64,000 nucleotides of DNA from a virus (Duplodnaviria; Caudoviricetes). The translations under genes and the position numbers were made by a program. The notes beneath the pieces were generated by a model. The model had not been told where the DNA came from. It was given only the letters and a program-made list of their open reading frames with translations, and did no database searches. Shown in pieces: positions 39,750 to 49,975 of the stretch. The stretch lies in IMG/VR virus record IMGVR_UViG_3300033145_002422; one strand, given 5' to 3'. Position 1 is the first letter of the stretch; each line of letters opens with the position of its first letter.

Positions 39750-40682
39750 ATGAAAAGATGTTTGGTAACAGGAGGGGCTGGTTTTATAGGTTCTCATCTA
39801 GTTAGAGGACTTTTAGATGCTGGATATTTTGTTAGAGTTATTGATAATTTATCTACAGGGTCCATTAAGAATTTAGATGAAATATTGTCCGATATAGAAT
39901 TTCTTCCTCAAGATATGAGAAATTATAATAGTTGTTTGAAAGCATGTGATAATGTTGATTATGTTTTTCATGAAGGTGCAATTCCTAGTGTTCCCAAAAG
40001 TATTGACGACCCCGTAAATACATTTACGAATGGTATTGATGTGACACATAATATGTTGATGGCATCTGTAGAGAAAAAGGTTTCGAAGTTTATTTTTGCA
40101 TCTAGTTCAAGCGTTTATGGGGCAAACAAAGCTGTTATAAAAGTTGAGAGCCTGCCACTTCTTCCAGTTAGTCCATATGCCAGCAGTAAAGCAGCAGCAG
40201 AAATGTACCTTCTATCGTTTTATAAGTCTTTTGGTTTAGAGTCTATTGGTTTAAGATATTTTAATGTGTTTGGATCAAGACAGAATCCAACTTCTCAATA
40301 TGCAGCGGTTATTGCATCTTTTTGTCATAGAATGATAAATGGCATGAATCCTATCGTATATGGAGACGGAACTCAATCAAGAGATTTTACATATATTGAT
40401 AATGTTGTTAATGCTAATATGTTAGCTATGGATAGTAAACTAGATGGATGCTCTGTCAATATAGGATGTAACAACAATATTTCTCTCAACGATATTGTTT
40501 CAGATATTAATGAGATTTTAGAAACAAATCTAGAAGCAGTATATGAGCCAGTAAGACAGGGAGATGTTCAGAGTACTCATGCAGATATTTCGTTGGCAGG
40601 ACGGCTTATTGGGTATACACCAGTTGTTGATTTTAAGGATGGTTTATCGAAAACATTAGAATGGTATCGAAACAATAAATGA
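39750..40682 (+). CDS. NAD-dependent sugar epimerase/dehydratase (extended SDR)
   Basis: TGGAGFIG, ASSSSVYG, YASSK, RYFNVFG, GDGTQSRDF. Confidence 0.93.
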   Translation: MKRCLVTGGAGFIGSHLVRGLLDAGYFVRVIDNLSTGSIKNLDEILSDIEFLPQDMRNYNSCLKACDNVDYVFHEGAIPSVPKSIDDPVNTFTNGIDVTHNMLMASVEKKVSKFIFASSSSVYGANKAVIKVESLPLLPVSPYASSKAAAEMYLLSFYKSFGLESIGLRYFNVFGSRQNPTSQYAAVIASFCHRMINGMNPIVYGDGTQSRDFTYIDNVVNANMLAMDSKLDGCSVNIGCNNNISLNDIVSDINEILETNLEAVYEPVRQGDVQSTHADISLAGRLIGYTPVVDFKDGLSKTLEWYRNNK

Positions 40683-41671
40683 AATTATTAACGATACTTG
40701 GGACTAGACCTCAGTATATAAAATTCAAACCGCTTTATGATTATTTTATTATTAATAAAATAGATAATTTATCTATTGACACAGATCAACATTATGACTA
40801 TAATATATCTGGAGTATTTTTAGAAGAATTAGGAATTTCTATAGATAGACATTTATTTTCTAGTCATGAAAGCTCTTTCGGATTTCTTTCCGATTCTTTA
40901 TTAAAGATACATGGTGCATTAAGCGAATATAAACCTGATATCGTAATTGTTTTGGGAGATACGAATACTTCTTTAATATCTTCTATAGTAGCTTATCAGA
41001 TGGGAATTAAAGTAGCTCATATAGAAGCCGGAATACGATGCGGAGATAAAAGTAGACCTGAAGAAATGAACAGGATTCTTATTGATGAATTAGCATCGTT
41101 TCATTTTATTTCCAGGCAAAAAGATTCTGCCAATGTATCTAATCCCGTTTTAGTAGGTGATTTAGAATATCATTTTTTAAATAGTTTGGAAAAAGAAAAT
41201 CCTAAATTATTTAATTTTGTTTATGAAGATTGTTTGATAATGACAATTCATAGGCAAGAAAATACTACAAAAGAAAGATTAGAAACAATTTTTAGTGGTT
41301 GTGAAAAACATAATGGAGATATAGTATTTACTGTTCATCCAAGAACTAGAAAAGTGATAAAAGATAATGGTATACTGGTTCCAAAGAATATAATTATGAT
41401 AGATCCTATCGGTTATTTTAAAATGATTAACTATTTATCAAGGTGCAAAGGAATAATATCTGATAGCGGTGGAGTAACAAAGATAGCACCTTTTTTTGGA
41501 AAGAAATGCTTAATACCTTCTAAGAATGCAGAATGGTCTGAAGTTATTGATGAGGGGTATGGAATGAAGGGAATAGATGTTTCATGGTTTAATGATTATG
41601 AAATGCCTAGAAGAAAAGATTTTTATTATATTGAGAATGTATGTGAAAGAATAGTTGATACAATAAGATAA
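40679..41671 (+). CDS. UDP-N-acetylglucosamine 2-epimerase (WecB/NeuC family)
   Basis: GTRPQYIK, QHYD, GDTNT, HIEAG, PEEMNR, TIHRQEN, DSGG. Confidence 0.92.
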   Translation: MKLLTILGTRPQYIKFKPLYDYFIINKIDNLSIDTDQHYDYNISGVFLEELGISIDRHLFSSHESSFGFLSDSLLKIHGALSEYKPDIVIVLGDTNTSLISSIVAYQMGIKVAHIEAGIRCGDKSRPEEMNRILIDELASFHFISRQKDSANVSNPVLVGDLEYHFLNSLEKENPKLFNFVYEDCLIMTIHRQENTTKERLETIFSGCEKHNGDIVFTVHPRTRKVIKDNGILVPKNIIMIDPIGYFKMINYLSRCKGIISDSGGVTKIAPFFGKKCLIPSKNAEWSEVIDEGYGMKGIDVSWFNDYEMPRRKDFYYIENVCERIVDTIR

Positions 41672-42691
41672 AGGTAATAATTATGGAATGTATAGATACT
41701 AGGGGACAATGGCAGGATATTTTTAAAAACAAATCAAGAAAAATTCCTCAAGAAAAATTAGCTCAAACGTGTTTAATGAATAATGGTGATGAAACTTGCC
41801 GTTATATTATGATGGGAGAAGAGGGTTATATATGCGTTAAGAATTCAAAACTTCAGCAATTTATTGATGAGAGAGTTTTTGAAGATAAAATGATTGCGAA
41901 AGGAAATAACTGTGAAGGAATGTAGTAATATGGAGAAAAAATATGCCAAGGAAAAAAGGATCGCAAAATTCAAAAACTAAAAAAATTTCAAAAAGAGGAA
42001 GAAGATTTAGAAAAGTATTTGATATGGAATTAGCTTATAAAGTCATAAATGAAGTTCAAAGTTCTAATGAAGAATATAAAATAAGATTGATGGATGCTCA
42101 ATTGTCTCCAGTAATAGAAAATCTTATTAAAGATGCTTCTCTGAAATTTGAAAAAAGTGAGGGAAAAGATTCTATAATATATAGGGTAATTCCAGGGGAT
42201 GTTGAGTTTTCAAAAGATATACTTGTTGAAGAATTAGAAGATGAATTTTTAGAGAAAGGGCAACTTTTTTAATTAGGGGATAGATATGAAATACGAAGAC
42301 GTAGTACAATCTGTTTGCGGTAAGGGATGGAAAAGTGATTTTGAAGGAGATAAAGATGCTGGATATGGAGTTGCTATGATGATAGCGTTTTTGAAGGGAG
42401 TTACTCCTGATTTAGGAAGTTTATCAACGCATCTTGAAATTCCTCCTTTAGAATTGGTTAGGTCGTTTTCAAAAATGTTGAGATGTAATATATTCGAAGA
42501 AAAGAACAAGAGCGATAATGAATTAATTGGAAATGGTTTTAGTGAAACTGCTTTTCATAATTCTTTCAGTAAAAAATATTGGACAAAAGAAAAAGCATAT
42601 GCTTGTGCATGGGGATATATAGCTGGAATAGCTTCTGGCGCAATAGATAGGGTTTAATAAGAAATAATTTTTTTATAATAAGGAGAGAGCA

Positions 42692-42910
42692 ATGAGAGTT
42701 ACAAAGAGATTAGTAGATAAAAAAAGACATACAAAGGCTTATATCGTAGGAGGAAAAAGGATGCCAAGAGGTATGGTTGTAAAGTTGGCAAGACGTAATA
42801 AGATAGAAGGGGTTATAGCTTATAAGAGAATGTCAAAATGGTGTATTGCAAGTAAAAGAACATCTCAAGTTAAACTTTATGATCTTCCAATTAAGGTAGA
42901 ATCTAAGTAG
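42692..42910 (+). CDS. Small basic protein, DUF3892-like
   Basis: AGGAG RBS; ends LYDLP as in DUF3892-type proteins. Confidence 0.45.
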   Translation: MRVTKRLVDKKRHTKAYIVGGKRMPRGMVVKLARRNKIEGVIAYKRMSKWCIASKRTSQVKLYDLPIKVESK

Positions 42911-42923
42911 TTTTATAGTTTTG

Positions 42924-42984
42924 AAAGGGGCTTCTGGATCTATTCAAAAATAGATTTTCCCTTCACAGAAGTCCCTTTTATTTT
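42924..42984 (+). terminator. Hairpin with T-tail before topA
   Basis: AAGGGGCTTCTG...CAGAAGTCCCTT, inner ATCTATT/AATAGAT, then a T-rich tail. Confidence 0.6.
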
Positions 42985-43001
42985 ATAGGAAAATATAATA
43001 T

Positions 43002-44999
43002 ATGTCTAAATATTTAGTAATTATAGAATCTCCAGGAAAATTAAAGAAAATAAAATCATATCTTGGTTCTGATTATGATATAATGGCTTCTTTTGGTCAT
43101 GTTATAGATTTACCTCCTAAGAAGATAGGGGTAGATTTGAAGAAAGATTTTAAACCAACATATGAGATAATGAATGATAAAAAAGATGTTGTTAAAGGGA
43201 TAGTAAGCAAAGCAAAAAAGGCTCAAATTGTTTATCTTATGACGGATCAAGACCGTGAAGGAGAAGCGATAAGTTACCATATATCTAATCAACTTCCTGC
43301 TGGCACTAAATTCAAAAGGGCTAGATCAGGCTCTATTACTAAGAATGAAATTGAAGATGCTATAAAGAATGCTAATGATATAGATTATGATTTGGTTAAT
43401 GCATATGAATGTAGACGCATACTTGACAGAATTGTTGGATTCAAAACTTCTTTTTTGGTTACTCAAGCTACTGGCGGAAAATCTGCTGGCAGAGTTCAAT
43501 CTGCAACATTGAGAATACTTGCGGATAGAGAAAAAGAGATACAAGATTTTATTCCTCAAACGTATTTTGATATCAATGCTGAATTAATTACGGATAAGTT
43601 TGAGAAGATATTAGGTTCTATCAAAATACCTAATAGATTGGATATAACTACTGAAAAACAGGTTATAGAAATATGTGATACGTTCAAGAAGGGGCCAGTA
43701 AAGGTATCTGTTTTTAATAAGAATAAATATAATGCTAAACCTTCAGCCCCATTCATTACTTCTTCTTTGTTGCAATCGGCATCTTCATTTTTGGGAATGA
43801 ATTCAAATACGGCTATGAAGGCTGCTCAAGAATTGTATGAACAGGGTTCTATCACTTATATGAGAACTGATTCTGCATATATTATTCCTGATTTTATTAA
43901 TTTAACAAGAACTTATATTGATACGTCATTTGGTAAAAATTATTTGCCATCTGCATCTATACCTTATCAAAATAAAAAGAATTCTCAAGAGGCTCATGAA
44001 GCAATTAGGCCGACAGATATTAATGTTAAATTAGCAGGAAATACTGTTCAATCTAAAAAGTTGTATGAAATGATATGGAAAAGGATGGTTAGTAGTCAAA
44101 TGACTGATGCAGTTTATTGGAAATCTAGTGCAGAATTTAAATGCGGTAAATATTCTCTAGAATCCAGCGGAAGTGAATGTATATTTGAAGGATGGAGAAA
44201 AGTTTGGACATATGGTGGTTCTAAAGATGCTTATCTTCCAATCTTGAAGGTGGGAGATGAAGTTAAAGTGATAGAAATAAAATATGAGGAATGTCAAACG
44301 AAACCTCCAAGCAGATATTCAGAAGCGAGTGCTATAAAGAAGATAGAGCAACTTGGTATAGGTAGACCTAGTACTTACAAAACTATATTTCAAACATTAA
44401 CAAGTAGGTCATATATAGAAAATAAGAGTAAATCAATTAAAGTTACTGAACTTGGTATGAATGTATCAAAGTTTTTAGTTAAAAGTAATTTTTGTTTCGT
44501 TGATCCTAAATTTACATCAAATATGGAAGAAAAACTTGACAAGATAGCACAGAAAAAAGATAATAAATTGGCAGCATTAACTGAATTTTGGGATAGATTA
44601 AAATTAGATATTATTAACGCGAAAGATGCAAAAGAAAAAATGAATCAAACAAGCTTTAAATGTGAGTGCGGTTCTTTATTAGTGAAGAAGCATTCCAAAT
44701 TCGGAGATTTCCTGGGTTGCAGCAATTATCCTAACTGCAAAAAAATATACAATATTGGAGAAGATGGTGGGCCAGTAGAAAAAGTGAAAAAAGAGTTAAA
44801 TGAAAGTAAGCATAAATGTCCAAATTGTGGTGAGAAATTGCTTATAAGAATAGGCAAAAAAGGTACTGAGTATTTAGGATGTCGCCACTGGAATAAGAGC
44901 AAAGATTGTTTGGGGTTTTTCAACATGGATGGGGAGAAAATGGAATTTAAGAAGAAATCTTTTAAGAAATTCAAAAAATGGAATAAGAAAAAATCTTAA
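43002..44999 (+). CDS. topA: DNA topoisomerase I (type IA) with C-terminal zinc ribbons
   Basis: IESPGK, GHV, DQDREGE, SAGRVQ, ITYMRTD, EAHEAIRPT, GIGRPST, GCSNYPNC. Confidence 0.97.
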   Translation: MSKYLVIIESPGKLKKIKSYLGSDYDIMASFGHVIDLPPKKIGVDLKKDFKPTYEIMNDKKDVVKGIVSKAKKAQIVYLMTDQDREGEAISYHISNQLPAGTKFKRARSGSITKNEIEDAIKNANDIDYDLVNAYECRRILDRIVGFKTSFLVTQATGGKSAGRVQSATLRILADREKEIQDFIPQTYFDINAELITDKFEKILGSIKIPNRLDITTEKQVIEICDTFKKGPVKVSVFNKNKYNAKPSAPFITSSLLQSASSFLGMNSNTAMKAAQELYEQGSITYMRTDSAYIIPDFINLTRTYIDTSFGKNYLPSASIPYQNKKNSQEAHEAIRPTDINVKLAGNTVQSKKLYEMIWKRMVSSQMTDAVYWKSSAEFKCGKYSLESSGSECIFEGWRKVWTYGGSKDAYLPILKVGDEVKVIEIKYEECQTKPPSRYSEASAIKKIEQLGIGRPSTYKTIFQTLTSRSYIENKSKSIKVTELGMNVSKFLVKSNFCFVDPKFTSNMEEKLDKIAQKKDNKLAALTEFWDRLKLDIINAKDAKEKMNQTSFKCECGSLLVKKHSKFGDFLGCSNYPNCKKIYNIGEDGGPVEKVKKELNESKHKCPNCGEKLLIRIGKKGTEYLGCRHWNKSKDCLGFFNMDGEKMEFKKKSFKKFKKWNKKKS

Positions 45000-45033
45000 G
45001 ATAGTGTATAATAGGATTGTATAATAGGAGATT

Positions 45034-45861
45034 ATGATGAATGTATTAGATATGGCATTGACTTATTTAGCTGGAGCGATTGATCGTGCCTCTGATGATG
45101 GAATAGGTTGGAGACAATATTTTAAGAATAAGTTAATAGAAAAAAATATTAATTTAGTTGTGTTAGATCCAACTCATAAAGTAGGGGGTCTTATTTCTGA
45201 GATAAAAGATGAAAAAGAAATTAATCAGAAATTAAGAAGTGAAAAAAAATGGGATAGTTTAAGAAAATCTATGAAAAAGATTGTTAGATCGGATCTTAGA
45301 TCTATTGATTTGGTAGATTTTTTAGTTGTAAAGATAGATTCAAGTATACATATGTGTGGAACTTATTGGGAAACCTTAATTGCCGACTGGCAGCATAAGC
45401 CAGTTTTAGCTATTATAGAGGGTGGAAAAGAAAAAGCTCCTATGTGGTTGTTTGGAATATTAGATCATAATCTGATGTTTAATAACGAAGATGAATGTAT
45501 AGATTATCTTGATAAGATAAATAAGGGTTTAATTGAGCTTGATGATAAGTGGGTTTTGATAAGAAAAGAATTAAAAGAAATATTATTCAATTCGATAGAA
45601 AATAAAATTAAATCTATAGAAGATGGACTTCTTAAAACAAAAGACGGTGTTATTATTATGCCTGGAATGAGAGTATTTTGGGATAGTAATGATCTTAAAT
45701 CTTTCTCAGAAGGATATATTGTATCTTCAATAAGTATTTGGGAAAAAGAAAAAGATTGTGATTTTAATGGAACTGTTAATGTTATTGGAAAAGATGGAGA
45801 ATTTGGCGCTCCAGATGATTTTGGATTATATTCGTCTGCCGAAGCATTAAAATTTAAGTAA
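45034..45861 (+). CDS. Nucleoside 2-deoxyribosyltransferase-like protein
   Basis: YLAGAID..WR, DL..ID..D, GTYWE, P.WL. Confidence 0.7.
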   Translation: MMNVLDMALTYLAGAIDRASDDGIGWRQYFKNKLIEKNINLVVLDPTHKVGGLISEIKDEKEINQKLRSEKKWDSLRKSMKKIVRSDLRSIDLVDFLVVKIDSSIHMCGTYWETLIADWQHKPVLAIIEGGKEKAPMWLFGILDHNLMFNNEDECIDYLDKINKGLIELDDKWVLIRKELKEILFNSIENKIKSIEDGLLKTKDGVIIMPGMRVFWDSNDLKSFSEGYIVSSISIWEKEKDCDFNGTVNVIGKDGEFGAPDDFGLYSSAEALKFK

Positions 45862-45919
45862 TTATAACAAAAGTGTATTTTATTTTTGATAAACTATAGG
45901 GAACATTTTTTAAGGAGAA

Positions 45920-46366
45920 ATGAAAATGCAATTAAAACCAGAATTTGAAAATTTAGAAGAATTTGAGGGAATCGCATCACAGCTTATAAGTAAATATCCA
46001 GAAGTTTTTGGAGGTATAGAGTGCGATAAAATTAAGTGTGTATCTATTACTAACAAGGAAAGGAAAGAAGGAAAAAAGATGTGGCAAATTCGCGGAGTTC
46101 CTGCCCCTATTTCTATGGATTGTCCTTATTCTCATTATATAGTAATTTATATGTCTGATTGGGTAGAGTTAAGTGATAAAAGAAGAGCATTGCTTGTCGC
46201 TTCTACTTTAATGGCAATTCCAAATAAGGAAGAGAAAATAGAAGGAAAGACTAATCCATTTGATATGAAAGATTATGCAACTATGGTTAGAACTTTTGGG
46301 GTTGATTATCTTGAAGATGAAAGTGTTCCAGATTTGCTTCAAGATAAGGTAGAATGGAAGTTTTAA
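45920..46366 (+). CDS. Hypothetical protein
   Basis: AAGGAG RBS. Confidence 0.6.
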   Translation: MKMQLKPEFENLEEFEGIASQLISKYPEVFGGIECDKIKCVSITNKERKEGKKMWQIRGVPAPISMDCPYSHYIVIYMSDWVELSDKRRALLVASTLMAIPNKEEKIEGKTNPFDMKDYATMVRTFGVDYLEDESVPDLLQDKVEWKF

Positions 46367-46398
46367 TCTAAGTAAAAATTAAAAATAAGGAGAATAAC

Positions 46399-46857
46399 AT
46401 GTATCAATTATGGTTTGAAAATGAATATGGACAAAGAGGGATAGCGGCATCCAATAATGATATAGATGTTTTAGTCAAAACTGCAAAGAAAGAAGTATCT
46501 GCTGAAAATATGGAAAATGCTTTAACAGAGGATGACAAGAAAAAGAATTGGACATCATTTTTTGTAGAAGTATTTGATAGGAAAGGAATACCTATAAATA
46601 ATGCTTTTTATTCTGGAAGGAAAAATACAGATCATAAAATTAGTTTGATTACTAAGAATGGGGATTTAGAAGAATATAACTTGTCAGATAAAGATGTTTC
46701 TATTAAATGTTACATAGGTGAGATCCGCAGGGATAGAGAAGGGAAGGATATCACTATTTATCATGCCAATACCCCAAAGGGGCAAGAGATTACAGATATA
46801 ACAGATCAAGATTTGAAACAAAAAACTGTATACTTTATTAGAAAAGCAAGGGATTAA
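46399..46857 (+). CDS. Hypothetical protein
   Basis: AAGGAG RBS. Confidence 0.7.
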   Translation: MYQLWFENEYGQRGIAASNNDIDVLVKTAKKEVSAENMENALTEDDKKKNWTSFFVEVFDRKGIPINNAFYSGRKNTDHKISLITKNGDLEEYNLSDKDVSIKCYIGEIRRDREGKDITIYHANTPKGQEITDITDQDLKQKTVYFIRKARD

Positions 46858-46860
46858 AAT

Positions 46861-47250
46861 ATGTCTGAATTCAAAGAAGTAAAAGATAGCGGTGAACGGC
46901 AGGAATTCGAAACTGGTGCTGTTAGAGATACTCAAGAAGGAAAAGGACGTTATGATTTACTTCCAGTTCATGCCATAACCAGATTGGCTAAACATTTTGA
47001 AAATGGTGCAAATAAGTATGGAGATAATAACTGGAGGAAAGGGATTCCGTTAAGACGATATTTAGATTCATTAATGAGACATGTATTCAAATTTGCAGGC
47101 GGTGCCGATGATGAGGACCATTTAGCCGCTGTTATATGGAATGCTTGTTGTTTATTGGAAACCAAAGAACTAATAGATAGGGATCTTTTGCCAAAAGAAT
47201 TGGATAATTTGCCTGATAGGATATACACAAAAGAAAAGGATGAAATGTAA
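46861..47250 (+). CDS. dATP/dGTP diphosphohydrolase (DUF5664-type)
   Basis: FETGAVRD..GKGRYDLLP, GANKYG..NWRKG, SLMRH, EDHLAA..WN. Confidence 0.85.
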   Translation: MSEFKEVKDSGERQEFETGAVRDTQEGKGRYDLLPVHAITRLAKHFENGANKYGDNNWRKGIPLRRYLDSLMRHVFKFAGGADDEDHLAAVIWNACCLLETKELIDRDLLPKELDNLPDRIYTKEKDEM

Positions 47251-47642
47251 TGCTTGAAAAAACTATTTATGTATGTGAGTATTGCGGAAATGAATATAAA
47301 ACAATTGAGCAGGTTAGATCGTGTGAAGAAAAATGCCTTAATTTTCAAAAAGAAAAAGAAAAAGAAAAAGAAAAAGATAAAATATTAAAGAAATATCATG
47401 AAAATGATACCAGATACATATATCATTGTGTAGATTGTGGAACAAAATTGATAGAATATGAATATTGTTTTGATGGTATAGATGTAGAACGTGGAATAGT
47501 AATTTTTGAAACAGAAAGAGCAAGAGCTTTTGGTGGTTTAAGATGCATAGATTGCAATAGAGAATTGAGGGATTTTGTATGTTCCTGTTTAGTTGATCGT
47601 GTAAATGAACGCAAAAAGATGCCTAAAAAGGAGAATAAATGA
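47250..47642 (+). CDS. Zinc-finger-containing hypothetical protein
   Basis: CEYC, CVDC, CIDC. Confidence 0.6.
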   Translation: MLEKTIYVCEYCGNEYKTIEQVRSCEEKCLNFQKEKEKEKEKDKILKKYHENDTRYIYHCVDCGTKLIEYEYCFDGIDVERGIVIFETERARAFGGLRCIDCNRELRDFVCSCLVDRVNERKKMPKKENK

Positions 47643-49882
47643 GTTCGATACCGTTTTCGTTGAAATACAGACCTAAAAAGCTTGATGATGTAATAGGTCA
47701 AGAAGTTGTTGTCCAGACTTTAAAGAATTCTTTTTCCAGTAAAAATCTTCATCATGCTTATATACTTGAAGGCCAATTCGGATGCGGAAAAACCACTGTA
47801 GCCAGAATTATGGCAGCAATGGAAAACTGCGAATCTGGGCCAACATTGGAACCATGTGGAAAATGCCAGAATTGTAAAGAGATATTTAATGGTAGTTCTA
47901 TAGATATTAAAGAAATAGATGCAGCTTCGAATAGGGGTATTGATGATATAAGAGATTTACAAAAGGAAATAAACTTTTCACCTATTAATTGCAAATCCAA
48001 GTATATCATTATAGACGAAGCCCATAGTCTTACGGGTGCTGCTGCTGAAGCTGCTCTAAAAATGATTGAAGAGCCGCCACCGAATGTAAGATTTATTCTT
48101 TGTGTTGCTGGTGACCAAAAAATATATAATGGAAAGGATTTTGTAAACATTTCTGATATAAATGTTGGAGAAAACATTTATACTGAGAATGGATTTTCGG
48201 TTATAAAAAATAAATTTTATAAAGGGCAAGATTATATATATGAACTTTTGACTGAAAAAGGATCTGTATTAAAAATAACAAAAGATCATAAAATAAAAGT
48301 TTTCGACGGAGAAAAAATACTTTGGAAAGAAGCGAATAGTATTACAGACAAAGATTATTTACCGATATTTCATAGTTATTCTACTAATGATAATTGTTGT
48401 AATCTTAATATGAAAGAATGTGAATTTCTAGGCAGGTTAGTAGGAGACGGTTATTATAATCATTATACACGAAAAAACAGACCTAATCCAGTAAAAAGAT
48501 TAGGAATATTGTTTAATGATAGTGAAATAGATTTTGGTAGAAGTCTGTTAAACGCATTAGGATATTCTTATAAAGAATATCATCGGGGCAAGGTATATGA
48601 TATTACTATACATAATTCTATAAAAATACACAAAAGGCTAGGGCTGGAAAATTATAAAACAGGACAAAAATCTTTACCTAAGAAAGTTTATCAATTTAAT
48701 CACGAGCAATTTAAATATTTTTTGAAGGGATTAATAGGTGCTGATGGGTATATTAACAAAAGAGGATATAAGGTTTTATATTCTAGTAATGCTGAATTAT
48801 TGCAAGAATTGAAACTTGTTTCAAATTCTCATGCATATCATACAAATATAAGATTTAATAAAAGAATAGTTACTAAAAAGTCAGAAACTACTAATGTTAT
48901 TCCTGGTGTTTATAATTCCCATGTAATGTTGTTTTTAAAGAGAGAGCCGACAATAAAAATTTCAGACAAGTTAAGAAATTACTTAATAAATAATTACGAT
49001 TCGTGTAAAACGTTAAAAAAAATCATAGGATATGGAAAAAGATATCATTTATCTAAACTAATGCTTAGCGGAGTTGAAGAAAACGGGTTAGAATATTTAA
49101 AAAATAATTGTTGTTTTGAAAAATTTAAATCGTTAACCAAAAAGTATAAAACAGATGTTTATGATTTAGAAATGGATAATGAATCGCATTCTTTTATTGC
49201 TAATGGATTTTCTGTCCATAATTGCACCACAGAACCAGAAGCATTAAAACCAACGATTCATTCAAGATGTATCAATTTTAATTTCTCAAAAATTTCTTGG
49301 ATGGAATTGTATAGTCATTTAGTTAATATTGTTAAAAAGGAATCTTTACAGTATGAAGAAGATGCTTTAAAAATGATAGCAAAAGCTTCTAAAGGTAGTG
49401 CTAGAAATGCGTTGCAGAATCTTCAAACAGTAACTAATTTTGTTGGAAGTGGAACGATGACAACAGATTCTGTTAGTAAATCCCTTGGTGTAATAGATGA
49501 GGAAATGTTTTTTCAATTATTTATTCATATATCTGAGTTAAAAGCCTCAGAAGCAATGATTGATATTGATGGATTATTGATAAAGGGAAAAAGAGTAAGG
49601 ACGATTATAGATGGAATATCAGATCATTTAAGAAATATGTTAATATTTAGAACTTGTATAAACAATATATCTGAATTTGGATTTAATGATGAAGAGATTA
49701 AAAAATATTCTCATCAATCAAAAAGTTTTAATGCCGCTTTAATTGCAAAAATCATGGGGTTGTTAGTAGATGCTCAATCAGCGGTGTTTATAAATCTCAG
49801 CCCTCAGAATTACTTAGAGAAATTTGTTTTTGAATCAATTATTGAAGTTATTAAGGATCAAAAAAAATCTCAGAAAAAATAA
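47639..49882 (+). CDS. dnaX: DNA polymerase III gamma/tau clamp-loader subunit with intein
   Basis: KYRP, GCGKTT, EIDAASNRG, IDEAH, EEPP, FIL|intein|CTTEPE, SRC. Confidence 0.95.
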   Translation: MSSIPFSLKYRPKKLDDVIGQEVVVQTLKNSFSSKNLHHAYILEGQFGCGKTTVARIMAAMENCESGPTLEPCGKCQNCKEIFNGSSIDIKEIDAASNRGIDDIRDLQKEINFSPINCKSKYIIIDEAHSLTGAAAEAALKMIEEPPPNVRFILCVAGDQKIYNGKDFVNISDINVGENIYTENGFSVIKNKFYKGQDYIYELLTEKGSVLKITKDHKIKVFDGEKILWKEANSITDKDYLPIFHSYSTNDNCCNLNMKECEFLGRLVGDGYYNHYTRKNRPNPVKRLGILFNDSEIDFGRSLLNALGYSYKEYHRGKVYDITIHNSIKIHKRLGLENYKTGQKSLPKKVYQFNHEQFKYFLKGLIGADGYINKRGYKVLYSSNAELLQELKLVSNSHAYHTNIRFNKRIVTKKSETTNVIPGVYNSHVMLFLKREPTIKISDKLRNYLINNYDSCKTLKKIIGYGKRYHLSKLMLSGVEENGLEYLKNNCCFEKFKSLTKKYKTDVYDLEMDNESHSFIANGFSVHNCTTEPEALKPTIHSRCINFNFSKISWMELYSHLVNIVKKESLQYEEDALKMIAKASKGSARNALQNLQTVTNFVGSGTMTTDSVSKSLGVIDEEMFFQLFIHISELKASEAMIDIDGLLIKGKRVRTIIDGISDHLRNMLIFRTCINNISEFGFNDEEIKKYSHQSKSFNAALIAKIMGLLVDAQSAVFINLSPQNYLEKFVFESIIEVIKDQKKSQKK
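48101..49222 (+). mobile_element. Intein (374 aa) with LAGLIDADG endonuclease in DnaX
   Basis: CVAGDQ start, TKDH, LGRLVGDG, LKGLIGADG, end SVHN followed by Cys. Confidence 0.95.
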
Positions 49883-49975
49883 TTCTTATAAAAAAGGTTT
49901 TTCTTCCGATAAAAAACTATAATTAAATGTATTATTTTTGTTAATACATTGTGTAGTTTTTATTGGAGAGAAAAA

